A stretch of 61,435 nucleotides of DNA from an uncultured Bacilli bacterium. GTDB taxonomy: Bacteria > Bacillota_I > Bacilli_A > RF39 > UBA660. This document shows, piece by piece, positions 46,905 to 56,923 of the stretch. The number at the start of each line of letters is the position of its first letter. The first letter of the stretch is position 1. The DNA lies in assembly GCA_947626125.1 (NCBI GenBank), contig CANQRA010000002.1:1-61435 (forward strand). Direction: 5' to 3'. Below the pieces are notes generated by a model. It was not told the origin of the DNA. It did not search any database and worked only from the letters and a program-made list of their open reading frames with translations. The position numbers were made by a program, and so were the translations under genes.

Positions 46905-49304
46905 CTATTTATCTCTAATCGTTGCATTATATTTATGACAAACATTATCAATTATTTTATTAAAGATTGCCATTACTTCTTCTTCAGTTAAAGTTCTGGT
47001 TTTATCTTCAAATGTTAAGTTATACGCGATGGATTTTTTATTCCCATCTATTTTATCACCCGTGTAAACATCAAAAATTTTTATATTAGTTAAAAGTTTA
47101 CCACCATTAGATTTAATATCTTTAACTAAATCTTCCGCTAAAACGGACTTATCAACGACAAAGGCAACATCTTTTTCGATGGTTGGATATTTATTAAGTT
47201 CACTATATTTAATATCACTAGTCTTATGCGTAAATAATTGACTTAAAGATAGTTCACAAACATAAATATCTTCCCTACTAACATTAGGATGTAGTTTACC
47301 AAAATAACCTAGGGCATTACCATCAACAATTATTTCACTATTAATTTTAGGATGAATTTCCTTTGGCAAATTATCACTAAGTCTTAAAGTATAACGATTA
47401 TTTAAGCCTAAATAATCTAATAAATTTTCTACCATTCCCTTTGCTAGATAAAAATCGGCTTGATAATTAAGACTATTCCAAGTATTAGAAATATAATTTC
47501 CACATAAGATGAATGCTAGTTTAACATCTTCCACATATTCATTATCTACTTCACTATAAGTATTAGCTATTTCATATAAATAGATATCTTTATTCTTTTT
47601 ATTTAAATTGTAATTTACAACTTCCATTAAAGAATTAAGTAGGCTTTGTCTTATAACACTTCTTTCTTTTAACATTGGTTTTAAAAGTTTAATGAAATTA
47701 CTAAAATTATAATTATATTTGTCTTTATCTTCTTCACTAACTAAAGTATATGTTCTTATTTCATTAAAGCCTAAGGCCCGCATTCTTTTAGAAACTATTT
47801 TTCTAAATTTAATATTATCCCTATATTCACCTTTTTTCGTTTTAATTAAAGGTAAAGTTGGCATGATATTATCATAACCCATTAATCTTCCTACTTCTTC
47901 AATAATATCTTCTTTTTGGGGATAAATATCTTGTCTTCTATTAGGCACAGTTACTTCATAATTACCATTATTTTCTTGATAAGTAAAACCTAAATTAGTT
48001 AATGTGGTTTTAACATCTTCATCCGTTACTTTCATTCCTAATATAGAATTAAAATCATTTAAAGTAACATTGATTACTTTAGGCGTTTTATCGACTTTAT
48101 CATAAGATACACTGCCCATTACTATTTTAGCATCAGCGTATTTTTCTAATAAATGACAGGCTCTTTGTAATGCTAAAAGACAATATTCATAGTTAAGTGG
48201 TTTTTCGAAACGAAGACTAGCTTCACTCCGAAGTCCTAATCTTATACTTGTATAACGAATGTTATAAGGATTAAACATGGCAGACTCAATTAAAATATTT
48301 TTGGTATTCTCAGTAATCCCTGAATTAAGACCACCCATAACACCCGCGACACATAAAGGGGTATCGCCATCAGTAATTAAAATATCCTCTTTATTTAAAT
48401 CACGCGTCTCTTTATCAAGAGTTACTATTTGTTCATTTTCATGAGCCATGCGAACCACGATATGATTACCTACGACATCTTTATCAAAAAAGTGTAGAGG
48501 TTGCCCATATTCAAGCATAACATAGTTAGATATATCAACAACATTATTAATGCTTCTTACACCAGCTACTTCTAAGCGATGTTTAATAAATTCAGGTGAT
48601 TCTTTAATTTTAACATCTTTGGCAATCATTAAATTATACATATAAACATTATCAGTGGTTACATCTAGAGTTACTTGGTTATCGATGGTCTCTTCAAGAG
48701 TTTTAAAAGTAACATCAGGCATGGTAACTTGTTTTTTTAAGACTGCAGCAACCTCATAAGCAAAAGGAATATGATTATTACAATCTGTTCTATTAGGATT
48801 TAAATCTAAAGTATAAGTAGTATCTTCAACACCTAAATAAGATAAGGCATTAACCCCAACCGGCGCATCACTTGGAAGCTCACAAATCCCTTTACTATAA
48901 GTTTCCTCGTTTTTTTCTTCTAAGCCCAGTTCAAATAAAGCACAAAGCATCCCATTTGATTCAACACCCCGAATTACGCTTTTTTTGATTTCAAATAATT
49001 TATCGCCATCAGGTAATTTACAACCAGGAAGAGCAACAATAACTTTTAAACCTTCCCGTACATTAGGAGCTCCACAGACAATTTGTAAAGTTTCACTACC
49101 CACACTTACCTTACATACATGTAAATGGTCACTATCTGGATGAGCACTACATTCAAGTACTTCCCCCACAACTAAATTATCAATCTTAGTTGTTGTTATT
49201 TTTTCCACATTAATGCCGGCTTTAGTGATTTTATTAGCTAAAGCTACTTTATCTTCATCTTTAACATCAACATAATCATTTATCCAATTTAAACTAATTG
49301 CCAT
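46905..49304 (-). CDS. pheT: Phenylalanine--tRNA ligase beta subunit
   Basis: Start moved to ATG 49304 (MAISLNWINDYV...), with GGGAG at 7 nt, one nt after the pheS stop. tRNA-binding domain (VGEVLECSAHPDSDHLHVCKV), B3/4, B5 and a C-terminal FDX-ACB-like domain. Confidence 0.95.
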   Translation of the reverse strand: MAISLNWINDYVDVKDEDKVALANKITKAGINVEKITTTKIDNLVVGEVLECSAHPDSDHLHVCKVSVGSETLQIVCGAPNVREGLKVIVALPGCKLPDGDKLFEIKKSVIRGVESNGMLCALFELGLEEKNEETYSKGICELPSDAPVGVNALSYLGVEDTTYTLDLNPNRTDCNNHIPFAYEVAAVLKKQVTMPDVTFKTLEETIDNQVTLDVTTDNVYMYNLMIAKDVKIKESPEFIKHRLEVAGVRSINNVVDISNYVMLEYGQPLHFFDKDVVGNHIVVRMAHENEQIVTLDKETRDLNKEDILITDGDTPLCVAGVMGGLNSGITENTKNILIESAMFNPYNIRYTSIRLGLRSEASLRFEKPLNYEYCLLALQRACHLLEKYADAKIVMGSVSYDKVDKTPKVINVTLNDFNSILGMKVTDEDVKTTLTNLGFTYQENNGNYEVTVPNRRQDIYPQKEDIIEEVGRLMGYDNIMPTLPLIKTKKGEYRDNIKFRKIVSKRMRALGFNEIRTYTLVSEEDKDKYNYNFSNFIKLLKPMLKERSVIRQSLLNSLMEVVNYNLNKKNKDIYLYEIANTYSEVDNEYVEDVKLAFILCGNYISNTWNSLNYQADFYLAKGMVENLLDYLGLNNRYTLRLSDNLPKEIHPKINSEIIVDGNALGYFGKLHPNVSREDIYVCELSLSQLFTHKTSDIKYSELNKYPTIEKDVAFVVDKSVLAEDLVKDIKSNGGKLLTNIKIFDVYTGDKIDGNKKSIAYNLTFEDKTRTLTEEEVMAIFNKIIDNVCHKYNATIRDK

Positions 49305-49305
49305 T

Positions 49306-50355
49306 TTAATACTCCCTTCTATCAAAGGTATTTAATGTTCTTATATCATGATTAACATAAAAGGTTCGAATATCATTAATACCATACTTAAGCATAGCTA
49401 GTCTTTCTAAGCCAAAGCCAAAGGCAAAACCATTCCACTTATTTGCATCATAACCACAATTTTTAAGAACAATAGGATTAACCATCCCAGCTCCCCCAAC
49501 TGTTATCCAACCGGTACCTTTACAAAGATTACAGCCTTTACCATTACAGTTAAAGCAACTAATATCCATTTCTACACTAGGTTCCGTAAAAGGATAAAAA
49601 GAAGGTCTAAATCTTGTTTCCCGCGATTCCCCAAATAACATTTTAGCTACAGCTTCAAAAGTTCCTTTTAAGTCTCCTAAAGTTATATTTTTATCAATTA
49701 ATAATCCTTCCATTTGGGTAAATTGATGGGAATGAGTAGCATCATCTTCATCTCTTCGATATGTTTTACCCGGACATATTATTCTTATTGGTTCTTCTCC
49801 CTTACATCTAAGCATTTCTCTTACTTGCACAGGACTCGTTTGACTTCGAAGTAAATACTCATCTCCTCTTATATAAAAAGTATCTTGAGCATCTCTTGCT
49901 GGATGTCCCTTTGGTAAATTTAATAATTCAAAGTTATATAAATCTTTTTCTACTTCTGGTCCTTCCACTACATCATAACCCATACTCATAAGTAAGCTTT
50001 CTAAGCTTTCAATAATTCTTTCTAAAGGGTGAGCACTTCCAACATTTATCTTAGTACCTGGCAAACTAACATCAATGGCTTCTTTATTTAATTTTTCATT
50101 AATTTCTTTTTCTTCTAATTCCCTACTTATTCTTTCATAATTTTCATTAAAGATATTCTTTAATTCATTAACACTCATACCAAAAGCTTTTTTAGCATCA
50201 CTTGGAACATCTTTGATTTTACTACTAAGTTCCGTAATAGAACCATTTTTACCCATATATACTTGTTTAACATTTTCTAGTTTTTCTTTCGTATTAATAC
50301 TAGTAAAAACAGTCTCTAATTTTTTCTTAATTTTGCTAATTTCTTCGTTATACAT
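49306..50355 (-). CDS. pheS: Phenylalanine--tRNA ligase alpha subunit
   Basis: 349 aa. Class II motifs HPARDAQDTFY, RRDEDDATHSHQFTQMEG, GFAFGFGLERLAM. Confidence 0.96.
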   Translation of the reverse strand: MYNEEISKIKKKLETVFTSINTKEKLENVKQVYMGKNGSITELSSKIKDVPSDAKKAFGMSVNELKNIFNENYERISRELEEKEINEKLNKEAIDVSLPGTKINVGSAHPLERIIESLESLLMSMGYDVVEGPEVEKDLYNFELLNLPKGHPARDAQDTFYIRGDEYLLRSQTSPVQVREMLRCKGEEPIRIICPGKTYRRDEDDATHSHQFTQMEGLLIDKNITLGDLKGTFEAVAKMLFGESRETRFRPSFYPFTEPSVEMDISCFNCNGKGCNLCKGTGWITVGGAGMVNPIVLKNCGYDANKWNGFAFGFGLERLAMLKYGINDIRTFYVNHDIRTLNTFDRREY

Positions 50356-50560
50356 TATATCCTCCTTATAATAAAAAACTCATAAACAAAGCAGGTAAAG
50401 GACGACATAGCCGCGGTACCACCTTTATTTATGAATTTATTCATACACTTTAATTCTTAATGTGAATTACTCAGTAAACACTCCTTAATTGAAATTCCAT
50501 TTATTATGTATCTATAAATATTTCCACCATATATATTTATTCTCTTAATTAGATATAATA
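50356..50560 (-). promoter_or_regulatory. T-box leader, Phe-specific (pheST)
   Basis: Minus strand has AGAGA and GGTGGAA stem I elements. The specifier-loop candidate is GGAAT-TTC-A (UUC at 50493-50491). The conserved T-box AAAGGTGGTACCGCGG lies at 50426-50411, followed by a terminator ending in TTTTTT just before the RBS. Confidence 0.8.
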
Positions 50561-50595
50561 AATCTACTTTGATTAATTCTTTGTGTTTCTAACTA

Positions 50596-51135
50596 TTAAT
50601 AATTTTCTGCTTTTCTTTCAAAGAAGCTTTGAGCATGTTTACATACTGGACAAACTTCTGGAGCTTTCTTACCAATAACTATATGACCACAGTTACGACA
50701 AATCCAAATACGATCATCTTCACTTGAGAATACTAAACCTTCATCAATATTACTGATAAGTTTTCTATATCTTTCTTCGTGTTCTTTTTCAATTTTGCCA
50801 ACTTCTTCAAAAAGGTAAGCAATACGTTCAAAACCTTCTTCTTTAGCTACTTTAGCAAATTCTTGATACATATCCGTCCATTCGTAATTTTCCCCAGCAG
50901 CAGCATCTTCTAAGTTAGTATGTGTATCAGGTACTTCACCACCATGTAATTCTTTAAACCATAATTTTGCATGCTCTTTTTCGTTATTAGCGGTTTCTTC
51001 AAAAATAGCTGCGATTTGTTCATAACCATCTTTTCTCGCTTTACTTGCATAATAAGTATATTTATTTCTTGCTTGGCTTTCACCTGCGAAGGCTGCCATT
51101 AAATTAGCTTCTGTTTTAGAGCCTTTTAATTCCAT
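50596..51135 (-). CDS. rbr: Rubrerythrin
   Basis: 179 aa. Ferritin-like diiron motifs ([16 protein letters not shown]) plus a C-terminal rubredoxin-like CRNCGH...CPVCKH. Confidence 0.92.
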   Translation of the reverse strand: MELKGSKTEANLMAAFAGESQARNKYTYYASKARKDGYEQIAAIFEETANNEKEHAKLWFKELHGGEVPDTHTNLEDAAAGENYEWTDMYQEFAKVAKEEGFERIAYLFEEVGKIEKEHEERYRKLISNIDEGLVFSSEDDRIWICRNCGHIVIGKKAPEVCPVCKHAQSFFERKAENY

Positions 51136-51171
51136 AATTTCAACTTCTTTCTAAGAGAAATTATAAAGCAT

Positions 51172-51205
51172 AAAAAGTAAAAAGTAAAGATACATTTTCT
51201 TTACT
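51172..51205 (-). terminator. Terminator after surface protein B
   Basis: Minus strand: AGTAAAGA-AAATGTA-TCTTTACT followed by a T-rich tract. Confidence 0.6.
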
Positions 51206-51244
51206 TTCTAAGATTTAATGTTGAAAACTTTAAGGTTATCAACA

Positions 51245-53506
51245 TTAAGGATTAGTTTGGGTCTTAGTTGGCATCGCAACAAATGGGACCTCATAAGTAC
51301 CTGAACCAGTCAGTTTAGATTTTGTGGAATCAAGATAGAAGACGGGACGGATAGAAATAGGAGTGTTAATTGTATGGGAGAATATAGAACCTCCAGTCCC
51401 AGCGTCGGTACCACCAATGAACCATGCGAGGTACCAGTAGGAGGAGTCCAATCCAAATCGAGACATCGTCCAGTCACTGTTGCCAGACGCAACACCATTC
51501 ATATCCACATCTAACCAACTGTATTCACATCCAGCTGAAGTTGTATAACAATTCGTCTTTGATGAATCAATTCCACTTTTGGCATAAGAATAATAAAAAT
51601 CATGTAGATACATTAACCCTACTTTTGCTGGAGTCGAGTTCGCCCATGTAGATGTACCAAAATTCCATCCAGAAACAGTAGATTTGCTTCCCGTTTCTAT
51701 TTGGTATATTTCGTCAGCAGTTTTATCCACTTCATAACTTGAACCATTATACCCTATATCTCCATACTTCCATTCTGTATCTTTTATCATGTCATACCAT
51801 TTATAATTCGGATTAGTTGGATCACTCATTATATATTGTACATTTGACGTTTTACTATCTATAAATATATTCGTTTGTCCCGTTCCACCAGAAGCCTTTC
51901 CATTCAGTCTTTTTATCAAAGAAGTCGATGGCCAGGAAACATTCCCCGCACTACTACTGTACCATGCATATTGATAGCTACCCAACTCGGTAATATATGT
52001 ATTCTTAATTAATTTTAAATCTCCGGTACTTGGGTCTATTCCGATTATGCGATACATGTAATCACTATTAACTTTACCAGTGCAATCATTTGCAGGGTCA
52101 TCTGTCCCAAAACATATGAAGTTATCTACTGTACTCGTGCACCCACCATTTGCTGCATTACATGATCCAACAAATCTGTATAATCCCCCTAATACTTTAG
52201 TTTTATTTAATCCAGCCGGATTTTTTGATTTTACATATTCTCCAGGATTGGTTGTTTTTGTTACTACTGTTTTATTTACTTCTTTATATCTTCCTGATAA
52301 ATCTACCGCTTTTGCATATATTGTATAACTTGTATTTTCACTTAAACCATTTATTGTACATTTATTACTATTTATTGTTCCATTTATTGTTTTACTTCCT
52401 CCTACTGCTCTACAACTTGTTGTAACACTTCCATTACTGTCACTAGCACTTATTGTAAATGTTATAGTATTTTCTGTTGATGTATCTCCACTTATACTTA
52501 CAACTGGATTTGTTTTATCTAGGGTTATAGTTTTACTGGCACTTCCTACATTGCCTGCTTTATCTTTGACATTTATCTTTATTGTTTTTAATCCTTCTGT
52601 ATCATTTACACTTATTCCTACATTAGTAAATGTTTTATTTGTACTATTTATATATGACGTACAATTTCCTTCTCCTATACAATATCCTTCCATATTATCT
52701 TCCGTTATACTTGCTGTATATGTGATATTTTTAGTTTGAGTGTATGTGTCACCATTAATTAATGTTTGACCTGTATCTGCTGTTCCTGTTAAGCTTAATG
52801 TTACTTTCGGTGCTGTTCTATCTACAGTGATTGTTTTACTTGCTACTTGTGATACATTCCTAGCTCTATCTCTTATATATGCATAAATTGTTTTTGGTCC
52901 TTCTGTAGTTACTGTTATTGTTCCATTTTTTGTTGTTGCTCCATTTGTCTTTTGCCAGTCACTTTCATTACATGTAGAACTTCCTTCTTTAACACAATAA
53001 TATACAACATCACTATCTTCCCATGTGACTGTATAACTTATTTTGTAATCATATATATAATTACTATTGGAATTTCCATCCTTATCTGTTCCAATTATAC
53101 TCATACTTGTTATACTTGGGGCATCATCATCTATATCAAAATACATTTGACAATATATTGATACTGTTGTTTCTAATCTTACTCTTCCTTCATCTGTTTG
53201 ACTTACTTTACCTTTTACTTCTCTTCCATGATAATCAAAACACTTTGTTCTACTTGTATTTAATACATACCCTGATGTTGGATAATCGTTACTAGCTTGT
53301 TTATCATATTTAGTTTTATCTTTTTCATTTTGCGAATAAATCCCAAAGTCATTTACATTTATATATTGGTTATTTAGTTTATTGGTTTCTAAAGTATAAC
53401 TATTTCTTACTTTATTGTCATGGTATTTATCTACTTGTAATATTACTATTGCTATTATTACAAACAATATTGTACTTATTATAAAATATTTCTTTTGTTC
53501 TTCCAT
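51245..53506 (-). CDS. Large membrane-anchored surface protein with Ig-like/Fn3-like repeats, paralog B
   Basis: Start moved to ATG 53506 (MEEQKKYFIISTILFVIIAIVILQ...), with AGGAG at 8 nt. The first 16 aa of the track ORF have no counterpart in paralog A. Three or four repeats of about 95 aa end in DRARNVS/DKAGNVG...TITLDKTNP. The C-terminal domain of about 330 aa is Gly/Ser/Trp-rich. Confidence 0.8.
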   Translation of the reverse strand: MEEQKKYFIISTILFVIIAIVILQVDKYHDNKVRNSYTLETNKLNNQYINVNDFGIYSQNEKDKTKYDKQASNDYPTSGYVLNTSRTKCFDYHGREVKGKVSQTDEGRVRLETTVSIYCQMYFDIDDDAPSITSMSIIGTDKDGNSNSNYIYDYKISYTVTWEDSDVVYYCVKEGSSTCNESDWQKTNGATTKNGTITVTTEGPKTIYAYIRDRARNVSQVASKTITVDRTAPKVTLSLTGTADTGQTLINGDTYTQTKNITYTASITEDNMEGYCIGEGNCTSYINSTNKTFTNVGISVNDTEGLKTIKINVKDKAGNVGSASKTITLDKTNPVVSISGDTSTENTITFTISASDSNGSVTTSCRAVGGSKTINGTINSNKCTINGLSENTSYTIYAKAVDLSGRYKEVNKTVVTKTTNPGEYVKSKNPAGLNKTKVLGGLYRFVGSCNAANGGCTSTVDNFICFGTDDPANDCTGKVNSDYMYRIIGIDPSTGDLKLIKNTYITELGSYQYAWYSSSAGNVSWPSTSLIKRLNGKASGGTGQTNIFIDSKTSNVQYIMSDPTNPNYKWYDMIKDTEWKYGDIGYNGSSYEVDKTADEIYQIETGSKSTVSGWNFGTSTWANSTPAKVGLMYLHDFYYSYAKSGIDSSKTNCYTTSAGCEYSWLDVDMNGVASGNSDWTMSRFGLDSSYWYLAWFIGGTDAGTGGSIFSHTINTPISIRPVFYLDSTKSKLTGSGTYEVPFVAMPTKTQTNP

Positions 53507-53644
53507 ATAATATGCTCCTCTATTATTAAATAAATAATAGCACAAAAAAATCAAAATGTCACTATATTTAGAACATATGTCATTTATAATTGGTAGATAA
53601 TCTATTATAAATATAGAATAATTTATTTAAGGTGGATGGTTTTT

Positions 53645-53920
53645 ATGATAACAAATGAAGAATTAGATAGGATTTTTTTAATGATATCAAGAAATATAAA
53701 ATATTTTAGATTGCATAATAATTCGCAATATTGTGATAGATATGGAAAAATTACACAAGAGAAATTGGCAGAACTTTGTGAAGTTTCCCGTTCTCTGATT
53801 TCTAACATTGAAAGCGAAAAAGTAAACCAAACTTTTTCCATAACCACTATTGCGACGATTAGTAAAGTATTAAATATACCATTTGAAGAATTTTTTAAAG
53901 AACATGAATTTACCAAATAA
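53645..53920 (+). CDS. XRE-family helix-turn-helix regulator, divergent from surface protein B and convergent with sipW
   Basis: ITQEKLAELCEVSRSLISNIESEK HTH. The ATG at 53645 sits 9 nt after AAGGTGG, whereas the ATG at 53636 abuts it. Confidence 0.75.
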   Translation: MITNEELDRIFLMISRNIKYFRLHNNSQYCDRYGKITQEKLAELCEVSRSLISNIESEKVNQTFSITTIATISKVLNIPFEEFFKEHEFTK

Positions 53921-53944
53921 AAAAGAATTAGTTGATTATTTTTG

Positions 53945-54649
53945 CTAATTCTTTTTACTTTTTATTTTACTAAGGTCTTCATAAGCTTGTTCTAATTTTA
54001 TTTTATTCTTATCTTTATCTTTACTTTTTTTACTATTCTTTTTCTTATCTTCTTCTTGTTCTTCTTTTACTAATTTAAATATTTTAAGAATATCCTTAAT
54101 TAATATATAAACCGCTGGGATAATAATAATTGTAAGCCATCCTATACCACTGGCAATAAATTTTTGTAAATTACCAAGGCCGGGAATAACAGCTTTAACT
54201 ACCCCAATAACATTGCTACTTTTAACACACCCTTCATCATTTCCCGGATTATTATCGCCTCTAGTAATAAAACAGCGAGACCCATCATCTAGTATTTGCG
54301 TAGCGACAATTCTGTGAGTAACAGTCATTCCATAATTAACTTTCCAAGTGGATTTAAAAGTTATAACATCATTTACTTCTATTTTATCTGGGTTGTTAAC
54401 TTTTACATTAACAACAGCATCCATCACTTTAATGTTAGGTTCCATGCTCTGACTAATAATAGTATATATAGAAAATAATGGTTCAAATTTTTCGCCTTTA
54501 GTTTTATATAATTGTAAAGATATATAGTAATATACTAAAAGAACACCAATTAACATTAACAACACAAAAATAGTCCAACTGATAACGGTGGAAATATAGC
54601 TAAAAAGTCCCTTAAAATTTAAACGTGTGATTTCGTCTTTATCTTCCAT
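53945..54649 (-). CDS. sipW: Signal peptidase I, SipW (ER/archaeal) type, with Lys-rich tail
   Basis: 234 aa. N-terminal TM, catalytic Ser box SQSMEPNI, His box VTHRIV, GDNN, second TM. The C-terminal KKKNSKKSKDKDKNK tail is unusual. Confidence 0.75.
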   Translation of the reverse strand: MEDKDEITRLNFKGLFSYISTVISWTIFVLLMLIGVLLVYYYISLQLYKTKGEKFEPLFSIYTIISQSMEPNIKVMDAVVNVKVNNPDKIEVNDVITFKSTWKVNYGMTVTHRIVATQILDDGSRCFITRGDNNPGNDEGCVKSSNVIGVVKAVIPGLGNLQKFIASGIGWLTIIIIPAVYILIKDILKIFKLVKEEQEEDKKKNSKKSKDKDKNKIKLEQAYEDLSKIKSKKN

Positions 54650-54656
54650 ACTATAC

Positions 54657-55370
54657 CTACAAACTTTCTTTGTATTCTACTTTAAATGCAACATTAATAT
54701 TATTATTAAGATTATCCTTCGTATTTTTGATATATGTTTCACTTTTCCAATATATTGTTTCTGTTTCGGAAGCTTTACTTGTTAATTTATAATTAGTAGC
54801 TACTTTTAAAGTATCTGTAACTCCAGAAATATCATAAAAACCGCCACCTAAAGGAGCAATAGTGTTATTATAGGTAGATATAACATTACTAATATAATTC
54901 CAATTTTCATTATCATATGAATAAGCAAATTTAACTTTTATATCACTATCTTCATTAGAAGAAAAACTTCCCGGAAAAGTATTTTTTAAAATATCATATT
55001 TAACATCAAAAAGAATAGCACCATCTTTCTTATTGTCTTTGCTCATTAAAGAAATTGAACTATGTCTTTCAATCATTATTTCTTCATCATCAGTTTCTTC
55101 AATAATTTTATCTATTTTACTATCATTAGTAACTACAACTGTATTATACATATTATTAATTTCAATAGTTTCTATCCCTTTATCTAACTCTTTTTTATTT
55201 TTATAATATTTACCAATATACATTAATGAATTAAATAAGGTAAAGCCAAAAAGAACTATTAAAACAAATAATAGTAACACTTGTGACGACTTTTTATAAT
55301 GAGCAACATCTCTTATTTCTAAGTCTTCTTTATCATCATATTTAGTTTTTGTCTTAACCTTTTTATTCAT
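54657..55370 (-). CDS. Membrane-anchored/secreted hypothetical protein, first gene of the sipW operon
   Basis: 237 aa. Charged N-terminus, one TM (VLLLFVLIVLFGFTLFNSLMYI), beta-rich remainder. Confidence 0.5.
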   Translation of the reverse strand: MNKKVKTKTKYDDKEDLEIRDVAHYKKSSQVLLLFVLIVLFGFTLFNSLMYIGKYYKNKKELDKGIETIEINNMYNTVVVTNDSKIDKIIEETDDEEIMIERHSSISLMSKDNKKDGAILFDVKYDILKNTFPGSFSSNEDSDIKVKFAYSYDNENWNYISNVISTYNNTIAPLGGGFYDISGVTDTLKVATNYKLTSKASETETIYWKSETYIKNTKDNLNNNINVAFKVEYKESL

Positions 55371-55471
55371 ATTTTCACTCTTATTCTACCTAAAAGTATA
55401 GCATAAGATTTTTTTTAATTCAATAAGTAGTTATTAAATGATATAATAAAATATAGAAAGAGTGTGAGAAT

Positions 55472-56218
55472 TTGAAATTAGATAACAAAGTAGCCATTAT
55501 TACGGGTTCAACTTCTGGGATTGGCTTAAGTATTGCGGAAGCTTACTTACAAAATGGAGCCTGTGTAACTATATGTGGAACCAATACAGATAAATTAGAA
55601 AGAGTTAAAAAGGAATTAATGAATAAATATGATGAGGAAAAATTCTTAATCATAAAAGCTGATGTTTCTAATACTCTTGATGTTGTTAATTTATTTCAAG
55701 AAACAATCAATAAATTTAACCATTTAGATATTTTAGTTAATAATGCGGGAATTGCTCCAAGATGCAGTATAGAAGAAACTTCTGATGAAGAATTTATGAA
55801 AGTCTTAAATATTAATACAGTGGGAGCATTTAAGTGTACGAGAGAAGCCATTAAATATATGCATGATAAAGGAGGAAGTATTATTAACACTAGTTCCTTT
55901 GTATCATTATATGGCTCTCCTTATCAAACGTCTTATTCCGCAAGTAAAGCCGCGGTTAATGGTTTAACAAAAGCTAGTGCCAAAGAATTAGGCAAATACA
56001 ATATTAGAGTTAATGCTGTAGCACCAGGTGTAGTAATGACAGAGATGGTCAAAAATGATTGCAACGAAGATACAATTAATCGTCTTAAAGCTATGACGCC
56101 TTTACAAAGAGGAGCAACCCCAGAAGATTTAGTGGGCATTTACTTATACTTAGCCAGTGATGATTCAGCATTTACAACAGGAACAATCATTAATATTGAT
56201 GGAGGACTAGTCATGTAA
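55472..56218 (+). CDS. Short-chain dehydrogenase/reductase, 3-oxoacyl-ACP reductase (FabG)-like
   Basis: 248 aa. TGSTSGIG, NNAG, YSASKAA (YxxxK). TTG start. Confidence 0.75.
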   Translation: MKLDNKVAIITGSTSGIGLSIAEAYLQNGACVTICGTNTDKLERVKKELMNKYDEEKFLIIKADVSNTLDVVNLFQETINKFNHLDILVNNAGIAPRCSIEETSDEEFMKVLNINTVGAFKCTREAIKYMHDKGGSIINTSSFVSLYGSPYQTSYSASKAAVNGLTKASAKELGKYNIRVNAVAPGVVMTEMVKNDCNEDTINRLKAMTPLQRGATPEDLVGIYLYLASDDSAFTTGTIINIDGGLVM

Positions 56219-56227
56219 AAAGAGTTG

Positions 56228-56851
56228 TTAATTAGATTTTACTCTAGCAACAACTCTTTTTCTTTTTGAATACCGTGGTAAATTTAATACTAAATCTTGA
56301 TTATCGTTTATAATAAATTCCGTAGTTTCTACTTCTGCCGGCATAATAATATCAGTTGGAGAAGTTACCCCTTTATATATTGTATCTCTTTTAACTGCCT
56401 CATAATCACATTTTTGCAAATCTAATCCACAACAACGACATTTTTTATCACTACCAATGTCATGACCAAATATTTTACAAAGCCTAATCTTTAACTGGAT
56501 TAAATATGTAAGATACCCTATTAAATTTTCTAATTTTTGCTCTAAAGTTTCTTCTAAAGTTTTACCTGTTTTACATAATTTATTACCATAAGATTTTTCT
56601 GACACATTATTTATTCTTGCTATTGTTTCGGCTATTTTATTTTTAGTTTCGGCAATTTCTTTTTTTATTTCTTCTAACTTGTTTAATCTTATCTTTTCTA
56701 ATAATTTTCTTCTTTCCTCATTATTCTCTTCTAATGTTCTTAAGGCATTTATATACCTTTGATATAAATCTTTTACTTCACTTTCTTCTTTTTGACAAGC
56801 ATAAATAGTTTCGGCAAATTCACTTCCAAATAAATTAATATCGTCTTTCAC
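56228..56851 (-). CDS. Hypothetical coiled-coil protein with Cys cluster
   Basis: 207 aa. Heptad-rich N-terminal half, then CKIFGHDIGSDKKCRCCGLDLQKC. Confidence 0.45.
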   Translation of the reverse strand: MKDDINLFGSEFAETIYACQKEESEVKDLYQRYINALRTLEENNEERRKLLEKIRLNKLEEIKKEIAETKNKIAETIARINNVSEKSYGNKLCKTGKTLEETLEQKLENLIGYLTYLIQLKIRLCKIFGHDIGSDKKCRCCGLDLQKCDYEAVKRDTIYKGVTSPTDIIMPAEVETTEFIINDNQDLVLNLPRYSKRKRVVARVKSN

Positions 56852-56891
56852 TTTATCTCCTTCTTTAAGTTTTAATTATAGCACTAATAAT

Positions 56892-56923
56892 GAAAAAAGA
56901 ACAGATTTTTCTTATTCTGTTCT
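56892..56923 (-). terminator. Terminator of the ABC transporter gene
   Basis: Minus strand: AGAACAG-AATAAGAAAAAT-CTGTTCT followed by TTTTTT. The 5' arm and loop overlap the last codons and the stop. Confidence 0.55.

Noticed and set aside
51245-51290. C-terminal ...MPTKTQTNP of surface protein B as a possible sortase B sorting signal (NPxTN-like), given srtB at 27380-28234.
   Set aside because: No hydrophobic segment or positively charged tail follows the motif, because the protein ends there. It therefore does not fit a cell-wall sorting signal.
53623-53916. 97-aa minus-strand ORF antisense to the XRE regulator gene.
   Set aside because: It mirrors a plus-strand gene that has a clear HTH motif and RBS. 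The minus-strand product has no features.
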